From Felis catus (lineage: Eukaryota): a stretch of DNA of 64,000 nucleotides. Position 1 is the first letter of the stretch. The number at the start of each line of letters is the position of its first letter. Positions 1 to 12,736 of the stretch are shown in pieces. The notes below the pieces were generated by a model. That model had not been told where the DNA came from. It made no database searches and saw nothing but the letters and a program-made list of their open reading frames with translations. Both the position numbers and the translations under genes were made by a program. The stretch is from positions 27,592,001-27,656,000 of the forward strand of contig NC_058368.1 of assembly GCF_018350175.1 (NCBI RefSeq), given 5' to 3'.

Positions 1-299
1 CTTATGCATTAGATTTAAGATAGTATGCTAGGCCTTGAGATGTTTTCCCAGCCTTATAGGTAATGGAAGTGGCCAAAGAATGGCAGCAGGACAAAGCCCT
101 GAGGTGCTGGGAAAGGACCTCCCATTTAACCTAACTTTGCACTGGATTCTTCCAACATTTGCACCGTGAGAGGGGACAGTGCTCTCTATAGGTACAAAAC
201 TAAAACAAAAACAATAAAACAATACTTTGCCTTCCTGCCAAAAGGCTCTAGTTACTGGGGAGAGTCATCTGGCTCAATGACTTTCTAATCTCTACTATT

Positions 300-455
300 C
301 TTTAGATATCATCCAGTCTGATGCCCTAATTTTACAGATAACAAACTGACGTCCTGAGCTGTGGGGAAGACTTGTTAAGTTTGCTTTGTTCTTAGTGACA
401 GAACAGGGGTGGGAATTAACCCCAGATCTCTTGCTGTCTGTGGGGTGCCTTATCT
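300..455 (-). mobile_element. MIR-family SINE fragment
   Basis: ccctaattttacagataacaaactgac...cccagatctcttg resembles the antisense MIR core. Confidence 0.55.
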
Positions 456-989
456 ACTGAACTTTTCTTTCCAAATGGGCAAGGACAGCATGATCTCTTC
501 TTCTGTCTCACTCCTTCCAAAATATCTAATCCAGAGCTGTTACGACCATCTCTAAGAGATGTCCAACAACGCCTTATGGAAGAAAGGAAGGGATGGAGGG
601 AAGAGGAAGGGCTACACAGTAAACTTGAGAGAATCATTTTGTGGATTGTTCCAGTTGGACTTGGGAGCCCAAACTCATTCAGAGATTTTTTTTTAATCCC
701 AAATCACCCCACTGAAATGAAGCACTGTACTCCTACACTATGAGCCTTGGACATCGTAGGCACTCAATGAACATTTACTGAATTGAATTGAATGAATGGA
801 ATATACTCTTTACGAGGTCAAAAGTAGCACAGACATACATATTTAGATAAACTTCTTTGCTTTTGAATTACATTATTAACAGAGCCAGTGGAAATGAAGC
901 TTACTAAAAATATTATTAATGGGAGAAGATGAAGATTCTTACATTTATCAGAAATCCATGAAAAAAGTAAATGCTTTCAATAATCCTTT

Positions 990-1180
990 GAATATGACTC
1001 AGTTCAATAAACTTCATAGAGCACCTACTATCTACAAGAGCATGATGGGGCATTGTTGGGTACACAAGGGTGAAATAGATACAATATCCTCCTGCTCTCA
1101 AAGAACTTAAGATCTGATATATGAATAAAACATTGATGTCTGTATCAACAAATAATTGTTTTATAAGTGCTATAGAGAGC
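990..1180 (-). mobile_element. L2 LINE 3' fragment
   Basis: ttcaataaacttcatagagcacctactat...ctcctgctctcaaagaacttaagatct resembles the antisense L2 3' end. Confidence 0.55.
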
Positions 1181-2419
1181 AATAAAAGATATATATGTAT
1201 TTGTGACTTCCCAAGAGAGGGAAGGGTCCTTGGAAGCTATGTTAATGATTGATCTTCATCAGAAGAGAGGCAGAGAGCTATTGACGAATTTTAATTAAAT
1301 GGTGTTTTGATGTGTATTTTAAAATGCATATTAGTGAAGTAAGGCTGAGATTATTTATTTCACTACATTAGAAACCTACTAATAGCACTGGAATACTGGT
1401 GATAGACCTTGAAAACTGTTCTCAGATGAGATTCCTTCTCCAGATTTGATGGTTGTGAAAAACCTCAGGCCCCCTTTGCTGTTCATCATCAGAAAACACT
1501 TGAGGAGCACTGACAGTGATCTGGTTGCTGATCGGGGCTGGATAAAAGTCTAGGGCTGTGTTTGTATAATGATAGACTTAATATATGCTGGCTCACGGCA
1601 TCAACGCTTTATCAGAGGAATAAATGGAAAGTTATTCTGGGCTGAGAGGGTAAAGAGATCAGTTTATGGAAAAGAGAGTCTCCTTATGCACATATTCTGT
1701 AAACTACAGATCAAAAGCCAGAAGAGGAGCGCCAGCCATGAATAATGAAATCATACATCCAAAGGTCTGGATGGAGTCAGACATCCTGATGATTTCTTTT
1801 TAAGGAAAAATCAAGACTTCTGCCTAGTGCTGAATGCTTTGAAGATAAGTGCTCTGAAGGCAGAGCAAGATAGCTATCATATTTAGTAGAGATAGGTGAA
1901 CTTTCAAATTGGGTTCATTTAAATGGTGTGCCCTAGAGTATCCTGCCAGACAAGAAAGGTCAGAGTGGCTTTCACTGAATTTGAGGGACACTCTGATCCC
2001 CAATAATTTGGTTGTTCCATGATGTCAGGTGGTTAGAGACTAAGCTGACCTTACTGAAGATCTCACTTTGGACTAAAGCCCAAGCCCACATCCTAACCAG
2101 TGAAATTCCCAATCTAGTGAAATTGTCAGAAAAACATAGCACAACCACGAGAGCCACAATCATACCCACAGGAGTACATTTCTTGATTCCTACTCACTCC
2201 CCAACCCATTAAACTTTATCCCTGACTTCTCTCCATCCTCAGTTCCAAAAAACTGCTGATGCTGAGGTAGGAAACCGGCCATCTAGGTGGGCCTGGCATT
2301 GCTCTGCAAGGGCTGCATCCAAAGCAGCTCCCCACCCCCGCAGGCATGGGTAAACGAAGATGGTTGGTCACCCTATGGAGGTCACCACTACTTCCCAGTG
2401 GACACATGCACTGACCCAT

Positions 2420-3420
2420 TTGAATCCCTCGCACTTGACCTCTCAACAACTATGGATGTGGGTTAGTGATTGTGCTTCAAGAAGACTCTTTACTCCTCTG
2501 GCTTCCTTGCTTCCCCGCTCTCACATTTTTACTTCCTCTATCTCTCCTCTCATTTCTCTGCTGACACTTCCCTTCTAAACTCCAGAATGTTAGTGCTTCT
2601 CAGGATTCTGCCCTTAGCTTTCTTTCATTCTTTTCCTTACCTTTATACTACATTGAATAACGCCTCGCCACACACAATTCATGTTCACTCGGAACTTCAG
2701 AATGTGAGCTTATCTGGGACTAGAGTCTTGGCAGGTGCAATTAATTAAGTTAAAATGGGGTCATACTGGATTAGGTTGGGTCCTGAATCCAGCATGACTG
2801 ATGTCCTTATAAGAAAAGGGGAGGACCCACAAAGATAGACAGACGCAGAGGGAAGGCCGTGTGACAACAGAGGCAGAGATTGGATTGATGCAGTTGCCAG
2901 CCAAGAAAGACCAAAAATTGCCAGCAACTATCAGAAGGTAGGAAGAGGCAAGGAAGGATTCTTCTCTAGAGCCTTCAGAGGGAGTGTGGTCCTGGCAAAA
3001 ACCTGATTTCAGGCATCTAGCCTCCTGCACTATAAGAAGAGAAAACATTTCTGCCCTTTCATGCCACCAAGTTTGTGATAATTTATTCCAGAAGCCCTGG
3101 GAAACTAATGCAAGCATCTTGAAATATTTTATCCGGTCTTCATGGTCTCAATTCTATTTGCCTGTGACATCTAGCCCTCTCCCAAGTTCTAGAGCTGTGT
3201 TCTAAGCATCTGCTAAAACAGCAGAACAGTGGATCCCTGGGTCTTTCATGCACTGTCTGTGGTTAAGTCCAACTCTGAATTTATCTTTTACATACCTGCT
3301 CTCCCCCTCAATAGGTTTTCTATCTAGGCTTGTGGCCTCACCAAACACCTGCCTCCTCAACCTTAAATCCTGATGTGACCCTTGATTATTTCTCCTCCTT
3401 CTCCCCTTCCTCCTCCTCCT
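2420..3420 (+). mobile_element. L2 LINE fragment split by an MLT1C LTR
   Basis: Pyrimidine-rich, L2-like sequence flanks the LTR on both sides (cacttgacctctcaac... and ...ctagccctctcccaagttctagagctg). Confidence 0.5.
2644..3112 (+). mobile_element. MaLR solo LTR (MLT1C-like)
   Basis: Typical MLT1 blocks: ggaacttcagaatgtgagcttat, ggtcatactggattagg, gaggcaaggaaggattcttctctagagccttcagaggga; ends ggaaactaatgca. Confidence 0.85.
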
Positions 3421-3839
3421 GCGTTTATCTGGCCATTGAGACCTCACAAACCTCTCCATACAGTATTGAGTGAAGTAGACGGTGTGTCCAGCCAGAGCCC
3501 GAGTGATCTCCACGTTTTAGACATGTGTCTGAGCTTGTCTGATGCACTAGGGCACCAGCAGGTGGGAGAGATCCAGCCAAGAGCCAGTCTGGGTAAGAGA
3601 TTTGTGTGAATTTGTGATAGTATAACCTACATGTTTCCTGGTTTCACACGCCTATGATTATAAAACAAGGTCATACTTCCCTTTTACAATCCAAATTATT
3701 ATGGCAGGAGACCTCATCCTGCTTGCCTGCAGGAGGCAAGTCTTCCTCAAAGTGTCCTCATGTTATTTCCCGAAGTCCCCAGAGGGAGGTGTCATCTGTA
3801 CTCACAAATCACACTGGCACCTGCTGGCGTCAGAAAGTG

Positions 3840-4290
3840 CATTAGTCGGGGCCATTTTGCCACTTGTGTCAGAGGGCATCACAAACGAGCTTATGCAAGA
3901 CGAGAGAATAAATGGGTCCCATGGTTAAGAAAGATGCTAAAGGTTTTCATTTAATTGAGGTGGCAGTGGAGGGGACCAGGGCCCCAAGGACCAGAACCCG
4001 TGTTCGGTGCCTCCATAATACTTCTCTCTCCTCCTGTCTCTCACTTCTGCCATCTTTGTTCTTCTTTATGTACTGGTTTCATCTTCTGTCTTCACTCGCA
4101 TGGCATAGACCATGCCTACGTGAATCAATCCCAGGGACAGACTCTGATGAACTCTAACTATACGGGTCTCATGCCCATGCCTGGGCTCATCACTGTGGCC
4201 AGGGAAAGGGAAGCTATGATTATTAGGCCTGGTCCCTTCCCCATCTCTGCAGCTAGGGGACAAAGTCTGTCACTGGGAGAAAGAGAGTGT
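3840..4290. mobile_element. Old MaLR LTR (MLT1K/L-like)
   Basis: ctcatgcccatgcctgggctcatcactgtggccagggaaaggga...tgattattaggcctgg resembles the MLT1K motif. Confidence 0.5.
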
Positions 4291-5878
4291 CAGGCAAAAT
4301 CAGTCGCTACCCCAGGCCACTACCCGTGTGTCTTCCTTTGTCACCCTTTCCTGCATGTCTGTGTCCACTGCTTCCAAAGCCTCGTGGTAAAACCTCACCA
4401 CTACCAATGCCGTCATGAGACCCGGAACACAAGCGACACTATTTAAGGCCCAGTGACGAACTGCATCCCCAAGAAGAGACGAAGGGCATTCTTTCATGTG
4501 AAAATTCATAGTCTGATACCCAAGGACTCCCAGTAAAGTCAGCAGGGCTATCTAGCATTGGATGAGGGAGGAAGTAGAATGAAAATGGTGACAATATCCG
4601 GGGTGTGACTCTACAAGAAGAGGAGGTGAAAGTTTTAGAATCAAGGTCAGTATCCCAGGATTGGCTTTATGGACAGCTGTTCAGTTAGCACCAAATGAGA
4701 CAGAGGTTTGTGAACTCAGAGATCAAACCAGCAGATGAAGACTTATTGGCCCAGGGGTTTCTTTGAAAGGTGTGTGTGTAGGGGGGTGTATCTGTCCTTA
4801 CAGGGCCAACTAACCCAACGAACAAGCCGGTTATCCTACACAGGTTCAAGATTCAGTAACCTTAGCATCCCTGACTCTTTACGTCTTTCTCAAAACATCA
4901 GGTCCCAGAGCTTCTCCGGGGGTCCCATTGCAAGTGTTTGCCTTTTGCCTTCAGGCCCCATTGCCACTTGTCCTGGGTAATGACAGTGCAGCCAGATGCC
5001 CCATGCAGATTAGGGACAGTAGAGAGCCAGGTGGGGCAGAAATGGAGGTGTGTGAGCAGCCCTGCCTGCTCCCGGAGGGGGAGTCCTGATTCGACCCGCG
5101 GCCTGGGTCGGTGGCCACAGAATGTGAGGCAGGTGGTTCTGCCGCAGCCCATTCTGGTCTCGCCAGCCCACTGCAAGCCTTGCCGTGGCCTGAGCCTTGA
5201 CTATAGACAAGTCAATGGAGCCAAAGTTAGCAGCCAAGGCTGATTTAAAGCTACCATTTAGACTGATTCTCACTTGCGGCGTGAAACACAAATGATCGTT
5301 CTTACCGAGAGTCGTTTGGGGAATCGAAGTTTGGGGCTTGACAGAGTGTAATTAACACATCATCGGCACAAAGCCCAAAGACGGACTCCGTAGCATCACC
5401 GTGATCACTCCCAGGAAACACACGGTAATTGTATCATCGCATCCAAATACACTGGGACAAGCATTTTGGGTCTGGATGAAAGTCAAGGCAGATTAAGAAG
5501 CGCTTATGCCAAAAGCAGCTTCCCTGACCAGCATGAAGAAGCAAGAGGTGAGAGGAACTAGGAGGGCCTGGTAAAGTAAATAATTCCACAGCCACACAAT
5601 AGAATGTGCTGCATAATTAGGAATTACGTTGCAGAACATATAACAACATGGAAAATTTCCACAGTCCAATATGAAAAGGGAAGAATAAGAAAATTGAAGA
5701 AACCATATAATCGCAAGACCCTCAAATGTTTATTATTTTTGTGTGTTTTTTCTGTATTTCTACAAGTTTTCTTGACACTAACTTTGAACCAACTTTCTTT
5801 GTATAAGGAGAAAAATCTCAATTGGCCTGATTTGAAAAACAACAGTGAAGGTCAGAAAAACCTTTCTTAAACTAGGAA

Positions 5879-5902
5879 TTTTTCTTTTTCTTTCTTTCTT
5901 TT

Positions 5903-5954
<52 letters not shown>

Positions 5955-5959
5955 TTTTT
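5879..5959. repeat. (TTTC)n tetranucleotide microsatellite
   Basis: Directly visible. Confidence 0.95.
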
Positions 5960-6902
5960 AATTCCTGACCTTCTTCCCTAGTCCCCGGCCTGAATCCTAC
6001 CCAGGAGTCTTGCCCGAGAGGTCAAGACCTCCTGTCCCCTTTTCTGCCCCTACTAATAGTTGGAGTCACCTGGGAGCAGAAAGTCCCAGGGTCTAATTTG
6101 ATATGGGACACACACAGAGACAGTAAACAGACAGCCATTCCAATGGGGACTTGAAAAATAAACCCTTTCACTTAATGATGTTCTACAAAAACTGATTACT
6201 AAAGAAAATAAATGATAACAAAAGCAACACCACAAAGGATGGCCATCTGCTGTCAAGGTCGTTAAGGGATTGTCTGCATGGGGAAGGAGGTTGAGCCAAA
6301 TTATCTCTGAGGACTCTTCTGGATCTCAAATTCTATGAAATAAATGGTGAGCCCATAATAAAGAGAGGTTCAGGGGTAAAAAAAGAGGGGCCACCCCATT
6401 CTGCTTTGATACATATTCTGCGACTTCTGGCACCACTGCGTGCTCAGCCTCAGACTGTTCAACTGTCCCGTGTTTCAAAAACACTCCCCCATAGATGGTC
6501 TGTTTCCCCTCGAAGGAAACGTGGGCACCACCATGCTTTAGCCCACTCTTCCTCTCTGTCTCTCGGACAGTTCAGATGACCACCCCTCCTTTGTCTCCAC
6601 CAGCTTCTGTCAACCACCAGGTGCCCAAAGGAGGGTGTCCTCTCTGCAAAGGGCTCAACTTCAATCCTTCTCGTGCCTCTTCCCTCATCCCTCGGGCTGA
6701 GATATCAAATCCCAGAATGTGGCCGGGGTGGTTTCTCACCGCGCGGGGTGGTTCCTCACTGCGCAGAGCAATGGCAAAGAAACAAGCCCGGCTCACACCG
6801 GAAGGACTTAGGCCTTCGTGTCACATGTTTTAGGCCAGTGCATTTATGTATAGTGTATGTGGGTTTGTGGCGTCATCAAATCTAAAATGGATTGGGGGGT
6901 GG

Positions 6903-7104
6903 GGAGGGGCCTGGGTGGCTCAGCTGGTTAAGCATCTGACTTCAGCTCAGGTCATGATCTCAGGGTTCATGAGTTCAAGCTCCGAGTCGGGCTCTGTGCT
7001 GACAGCCCGGAGCCTGGAGCCTGCCTTGGATTCTGTGTCTCCCTCCCTCTCTGCCCCTCACCCCCTCTGTCTCTCTCAAAAATAAATCAACATTAAAATT
7101 TTTT
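6903..7104 (+). mobile_element. CanSINE (SINEC_Fc-type)
   Basis: gcctgggtggctcagctggttaagc head, CT-rich body, A-rich tail. Confidence 0.92.
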
Positions 7105-7335
7105 ATTTATTTATTTATTTTAAATTTTTTTTCAACATTTATTTATTTTTGGGACAGAGAGAGACAGAGCATGAACGGGGGAGGGGCAGAGAGAGAGGGA
7201 GACACAGAATCAGAAACAGGCTCCAGGCTCTGAGCCATCAGCCCAGAGCCCGACGCGGGGCTCGAACTCACGGACCGCGAGATCGTGACCTAGCTGAAGT
7301 CGGACGCTTAACCAACTGCACCACCCAGGCGCCCC
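7105..7335 (-). mobile_element. Young felid CanSINE inserted antisense in the tail of the preceding SINE
   Basis: Ends ...ccacccaggcgcccc; TSD aacattaaaa(t/a)ttttt at 7089 and 7336. Confidence 0.93.
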
Positions 7336-7364
7336 AACATTAAAAATTTTTAAAGAAAGAAAGA

Positions 7365-7593
7365 GGGGCACCCAGGTGGCTCAGTCGGTTAAGTGTCTGA
7401 TTTCGGCTCAGGTCACGATCTCACCGTTCATGAGTTCGAGCCCCGCCTCAGGTTCTGTGCTGACAGCTCGGAGCCTGGAGCCTGTTTCGGATTCTGTGTC
7501 TCCCTCACTCTCTGCCCCTGCCCCACTCGTGCTCTGTCTCTCTCTGTCTCAGAAATAAATAAACATTAAAAAAAATTTTTTTTTAATAAAAAA

Positions 7594-7624
<31 letters not shown>

Positions 7625-7625
7625 A
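7365..7625 (+). mobile_element. CanSINE with (AAAT)n tail followed by a GAAA-rich tract
   Basis: ggggcacccaggtggctcagtcggttaag head. Confidence 0.93.
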
Positions 7626-7749
7626 AGAAAGTAAGGAAGAAAGAAAGAGAGAGGAAGGAAGGAAGGAGGGAAAGAAGGAAGAAAAGAAGAAAGGAAGAAA
7701 GAAAGTGGATTTTGTCCCTGGCTCATTTGTGAGAAAGGAAGGATGAAGG

Positions 7750-7950
7750 GGGTGCTAACACTGGCTGACCGCCAGGGACACCTGTTAGGTGCTTATCTGA
7801 ATTCATCTTGCTCTTCTCGAGAACCGCATTTTATAGAGCAGGAGCTGGAGATCCTAGAAGACTCGAGGATCTTGCCCAGAGGTACGCAGCCAATAAGTGG
7901 CAAAGCAAAGGTTAGAACTGAATTTGTCTGGTTCTTACGGTTTATGTAGC
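7750..7950 (-). mobile_element. MIR fragment
   Basis: cattttatagagcaggagctggag...cttgcccagaggtacgcagccaataagtggcaaagc. Confidence 0.6.
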
Positions 7951-8500
7951 TGGTTGAAAACATACGATTTTGTTAAATTTTCCTGAGTGTCACGCCATTT
8001 GAAAAAAAAAATAATAATAACGCGTGGATGTAAAGGTTATGCTTGTACCTCAACAATATTTCAGTTTAAATTTCAAGTTACATGTAATTAAATTGTATAA
8101 TTTAGAATATAATGATGCCACTGTATTAGCAAGATAGACACACTTAGTGATGCTTACTACTGAACACAAAAGAGCCATTTAATTTAAACAAGATAATTCA
8201 AACATTTGCTTTGCCTAAAGCTCATAAAATGCCATTTCATTAAATCATGTTTTCATTTCTGTAAGATGACTGTCATATCAAAGCTATTTTATTGTTATAG
8301 GAGTTAGAACAGTATGGCGTATTGTTATTAAATTATGAACATATAATGAAAAATACTTTTTAGAATAAAGTACACTGGGCTATATTAATTTATTTAGTCG
8401 CTTAGTAAATACCAGCTGAGTATCTGCTATGTTGTGGGCACAGTCCTAGGTGCCTGGGGCATAGCAGATTGCTCCCACTGAGCAATGGAGGGAGACAAAT

Positions 8501-9021
8501 TGCAGGAGGCAGGATAATGCCTCTCCCCCCCCCCCCCAAAATATCAGGCCCTAAATCTCTGGAACCTGTAAATGTCAGCTTGCAAGGAAAGAGGTTCTTT
8601 GTAGATGTGATTGAGTTAAGGGTCTTGGTATGGGAGATTATCCTTGATTATCAGAGGGGGCCTCAAATGCAATTATATGTATTCTTCTAAGAGGGAAGCA
8701 GAGGGAGGTTTTGACACAGACACACAGAGAGGAGGTGACGCGGCCGCGGAGCTGAGAGAGCCGGCCTTGGGGGCTGGCGGGGTGCAGCCGCAAGCCAAGG
8801 ACTGCTGCCGGCCACCGGAAGGTGGAAGAGGCCAGCCCAGGTTCTCCTCTAAGAGCCTCCATAGGGAGAATGACCCTGCGGACGGACACCTTGACTTTGG
8901 CCCAGGCCCAGCGCTGATTTCAGACTTCCGGCCTGAGTTAACTGTGGGAGAATAAATTGCTGCGGTTTCAAGTCAGCAAGCATGTGCTAATCGGTTTCCG
9001 CATCCACAGGAGACGCATACG
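8501..9021 (+). mobile_element. MaLR solo LTR (MLT1D-like)
   Basis: ccctaaatctctggaacctgtaaatg, gggagattatccttgattatc, tgatttcagacttccggcct...gagaataaatt; the 3' half is unusually CpG-rich. Confidence 0.85.
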
Positions 9022-9769
9022 CACATGTGCAAGTAAACACGAGTACGTTGGTGGCGACTGACAGAACTGTGCATGTGACAGATGGGGACGAGAGGTGCCA
9101 GCTCAGGCGACACAGCTGGGGCAGGCCTCGTTTACCAGTGAGCATTTCGGCGGGAGCCCGTGAGCCTGGAAGGATGCTGAGCGAGAGCAGCTGGCACTCG
9201 GCGGGGGGAGGCAGGGCTCCATGGGTGTGGGGAGGTGGGAGCCAGGCCGACCAGGGCAGAGGGCTGTGACGCGGGGTCAGACAGACTGGCTGGAGCCACT
9301 GCAGGTAGGGTTTTGTCAGCCAGAGTCGGGAACCCAGATTTTTAGAATTGTGAGCCATGAAGACACTGAAGGATTTTACCGAGGAATAACACGATGCGCT
9401 TTCCATTATGTAGAGCTCCCCCGGGTAAAGGGTGGCTGGTAAGGGGCGGGTGAAAGGAGGCAAAGTAGCAAAAAGGCTCTTGCAGGATTCCAGCCCCAGG
9501 GATGCTGGTCCAGGCCACCAGTGCTCCACTTTGCTCTGGGTGCCAGCTCCCCCTCTGGGCGTCCCCATTCCAGCGACACCGCTGCTGTTGCCCGGGGTCT
9601 ATGGCAACACGTTGGATGGGCCTTTTCACTTTTTCTTCTCCCAACCCACCCCCGCCCCACTGCCGTCACACAGGACCAGGTGGCCTCTGGGCCCACGGTC
9701 TCGCAGCCCGCCTCTAGCGCTCCCCACTTTCGCTCAGGCCCTCCTGTTTTGCCTGAATAAACAGCTTAG

Positions 9770-9950
9770 AGCATCTGGCGGCACCCTGGGTCTTCCACCT
9801 CTTAGGCGGGTGACCCCGGACAAGTGACTTAACCTCTCTATCCCCCGGTTTTGTTATCTGTAAAATGGTGAAAATGGCAGTCTCCCTCCCAGTGGTGGTG
9901 TGGGCATTACCTTAGGGACGTGAGACGTGCTTGAAACAGTGCATGCCATT
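9770..9950 (+). mobile_element. MIR
   Basis: gtgaccccggacaagtgacttaacctctctatcccccggttttgttatctgtaaaatgg. Confidence 0.8.
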
Positions 9951-9955
9951 CTAAG

Positions 9956-10085
9956 GCTTACCTGCCATCCTCTCCCTCCTCCTCCTCCTCACCATCCTCC
10001 TTCTCATGCCTGCCATCCCCGCTTACCTGCCATCCTCTCCCTCCTCCTCCTCCTCACCATCCTCCTTCTCATGCCTGCCATCCCC
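9956..10085. repeat. Perfect 2 x 65-bp tandem duplication (pyrimidine-rich)
   Basis: 9956-10020 is identical to 10021-10085. Confidence 0.97.
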
Positions 10086-10149
10086 GCCGGTCCCCCTTCT
10101 TCCTGGCCTTCTGTCCCCCAGTCCGGCAGACGCTGCTGTGGGACTTGTT

Positions 10150-10660
10150 TGCCGAAGCACTGCTCTGACCGGGCCGCTCTCCCCAGACACCTTCAATAAC
10201 CGTGGGGTGTCTCTGGTAGGGCGTCTGACATCCCTAGCCTGGCTTCCGGCCCCCTGCACGGTCCGGCTTCCCACGTCCCTACTTACTTCCGGCACCACAG
10301 CCTAAGGGTCAGCCCCACCTTTCCCGAACACGGCCCGGATCTGCCTTTTCTTTCGCCTCCAGGCCTCTGCCCTCGGGCGGGTTCCTCTGCCTGCACTTCC
10401 CTCCCTGAGAGCTGCCTCCAGGGTGCATCCTCTGGGGCCGGCCTACATTTAAGCTTTTTTTCATCTTTGAAACCTTCAAAAGTTTCTCAGCATTTCCCAC
10501 GGAGCCCTTACCCTCTATTCCTTGAATCGGTTCACTTATCTACATGTCTATCTGGGGATGAACCAGGGACGCTGCTTCCGGCCTGCTTTTATCAGAAGTC
10601 CCGGATCAAGACAGTTTAATCCGAGACAGTGCCCCAGGCCTGGCACCTCGTCTCCATCTC
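10150..10660 (+). mobile_element. L2 fragment (GC-enriched)
   Basis: L2 3'-like end cagtgccccaggcctggcac; upstream ccaggcctctgccctcgggcgggttcctctgcctg. Confidence 0.45.
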
Positions 10661-12699
10661 CCTCTGCACCAGTGAGCACCTCCTGATGGCCTTGGAAGGG
10701 CGCCTGGCCTGGGGGAGTGGGGGAGTGGGGGAGTGGGGCATGTGCTGTTCCGAAGAAGCAAGACCAAAAGGAGACAAATTGGAAACGCGCCCCTTTCTCC
10801 AGGTGGGTTCTAGGATCAGGCTGTGTGGTCTCTGAGGAAATCTTGCTAGGTGCGACATCATAGATGGCCTGGTAAGGCGGTCAGCCTGCCCACAGGTTCC
10901 CCTGGGCCAGTCAGCAGTCCCCAGCGCACCTGCCCAGCGGCTGTGATGACGGAGCCGGAGACAGCACTGCACATGGAGGCAAAGTTCTAGGTCAGAGGAT
11001 TCTTGAAGAAACCCTTTAGAAAGGCAGAGCATTTTCCCAGTGCACCTGCGGGGCCCCTGCACTGAGATCTGGGGAGGTGGCCGTAGGGTGGATGACCAGA
11101 GGGAAGAAATTCAAGACCAGCGGTGGGGAGGGGGCGACGTGAGGGGACAACCTCCATGTACAGCCCCAAGTCTGGAAGGTGTGGCAGAAGGACACGTCTA
11201 CCTAGAATTTCAATTGTAACCCTCCCTACATATTTGCAAACGCTCATCGGAGATTTTGTCTGGCAGTGGTTTGTCTTGCCAGGAACATTCCCGGCTGCCT
11301 TTCCTGCCCCATGCACGTACACATGTTCGTGGAGGAAAGGGGATTTCCACCCCAAGATCAGAAAGGAGTATCGGAATGCCTATTTTGGTCCTCTTTCTCA
11401 CCCTTTCTTCACAATTCCCAAAGGAGGAGGGATTGACCTGATTGATGAGTGGACAGAGGAAGAAATTCCTGGGATCCTGTCCCATATACCAGCGGGTAGG
11501 TGTAAGTGGCCTTAAGAGTGGGGAACAGGCTCAGCCCCTCTCTTGCTCTCCTGGCCCCTCTTTGCTCAGGCTAAAGGGTCCTTTGTATTCCCAAGCTGCA
11601 CAGGGATGAGGTCACAAACCAGACAGGCCTGCTGCTGGGAGGCCTGGCTAGGTGTCTGCCCTCCTAGTTCCTTTTCCTTCATCTGTGACTCAGTGGGGGG
11701 GTCCGCTAGCCTTCACTGCAGACCTTATAACTTCAATTCTGGGGAAGGGGGTAAGAAAGCACAACTGGGCCCTGGGTGCCCCACAATGCTATAGTCCAGA
11801 GTTGCCCAGAGACCTATATTGTCAGGGTCATTGAGCACTTTCCGGACCCGCAATAAAGTGGATCCAACTTTTTACTTGCCAAGGTGGCAATGTGTACCAT
11901 TTCTGGATTGATTAGAACCTCCAAACAAATAGCCATGCAGTAAAGAATTTCACATATCTACATTGTAGTCTGAAGGAGTGGACCCGGAAGAGGCTGAAGC
12001 ATAGGTCTATCTCACCTTAGGTGAGACAGACCTGCTCTAGCCCTTTGGGTGGGTTCCTTCTTAGATATAGAGCCAGCTGCAGAGAAGAGACTCATGACCA
12101 GAAGATGCTGGATAAGACTCCAGATTTGGGAGGCAATATGATTAACCTCTTGACTGTCCTCCAAGGATTGGTAAAAATCCCCCTTATGAACAGAAAATGA
12201 AGGGACCCTACCACACCTATGCAATTTATCTAATCCCTCTCCATATTCTAACCCCCTCATCATTTGCAGCTATGTTTGACTTGTCTTTGTATTCAACTGT
12301 CAGGCACTGCGTCTGGCATAAGGTAGGAGATCATTCATATTTATTGGACTGAATTAAAGCCAGACTGAGTAAGACGTACCTCTGGGTGATAGATTTAAGG
12401 ATGAGGTTGAAGGGCATGGGCTCTGTCAGTATCAAAAAAAAAAAAAAAAAAAAAAGCCACTGCTCATCTCACTTCAGTAAGAAGTAAATGACACCACTAA
12501 ATGGAAGTAGAATCTTTAAATACGAAGAACAAGGGGTTGTGAAAGGAGAAACAAAATCATTAAAGGAATTGAGAACCTCTCTAATTAGTTCAATTTTTCA
12601 TTCTCTTGCCTTCAGTGTATTTTCTTATACAGTCTCTAAAAGATTGCAGTGTGGGTCCTCCCCAGTCCTTCAGCCCTGCTGGCTCTGGTTCATGCATGA

Positions 12700-12701
<2 letters not shown>

Positions 12702-12734
<33 letters not shown>
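12702..12734. repeat. (CA)n microsatellite
   Basis: Directly visible. Confidence 0.95.

Positions 12735-12736
<2 letters not shown>

Noticed and set aside
1..2400. 3' end of ENOX1 expected from human synteny
   Set aside because: No ENOX1 coding sequence recognised; probably outside the window.
8987..9568. Longest ORF in the track (193 aa, minus strand)
   Set aside because: No recognisable domain or gene structure; it lies in GC-rich, stop-poor sequence and overlaps an LTR.
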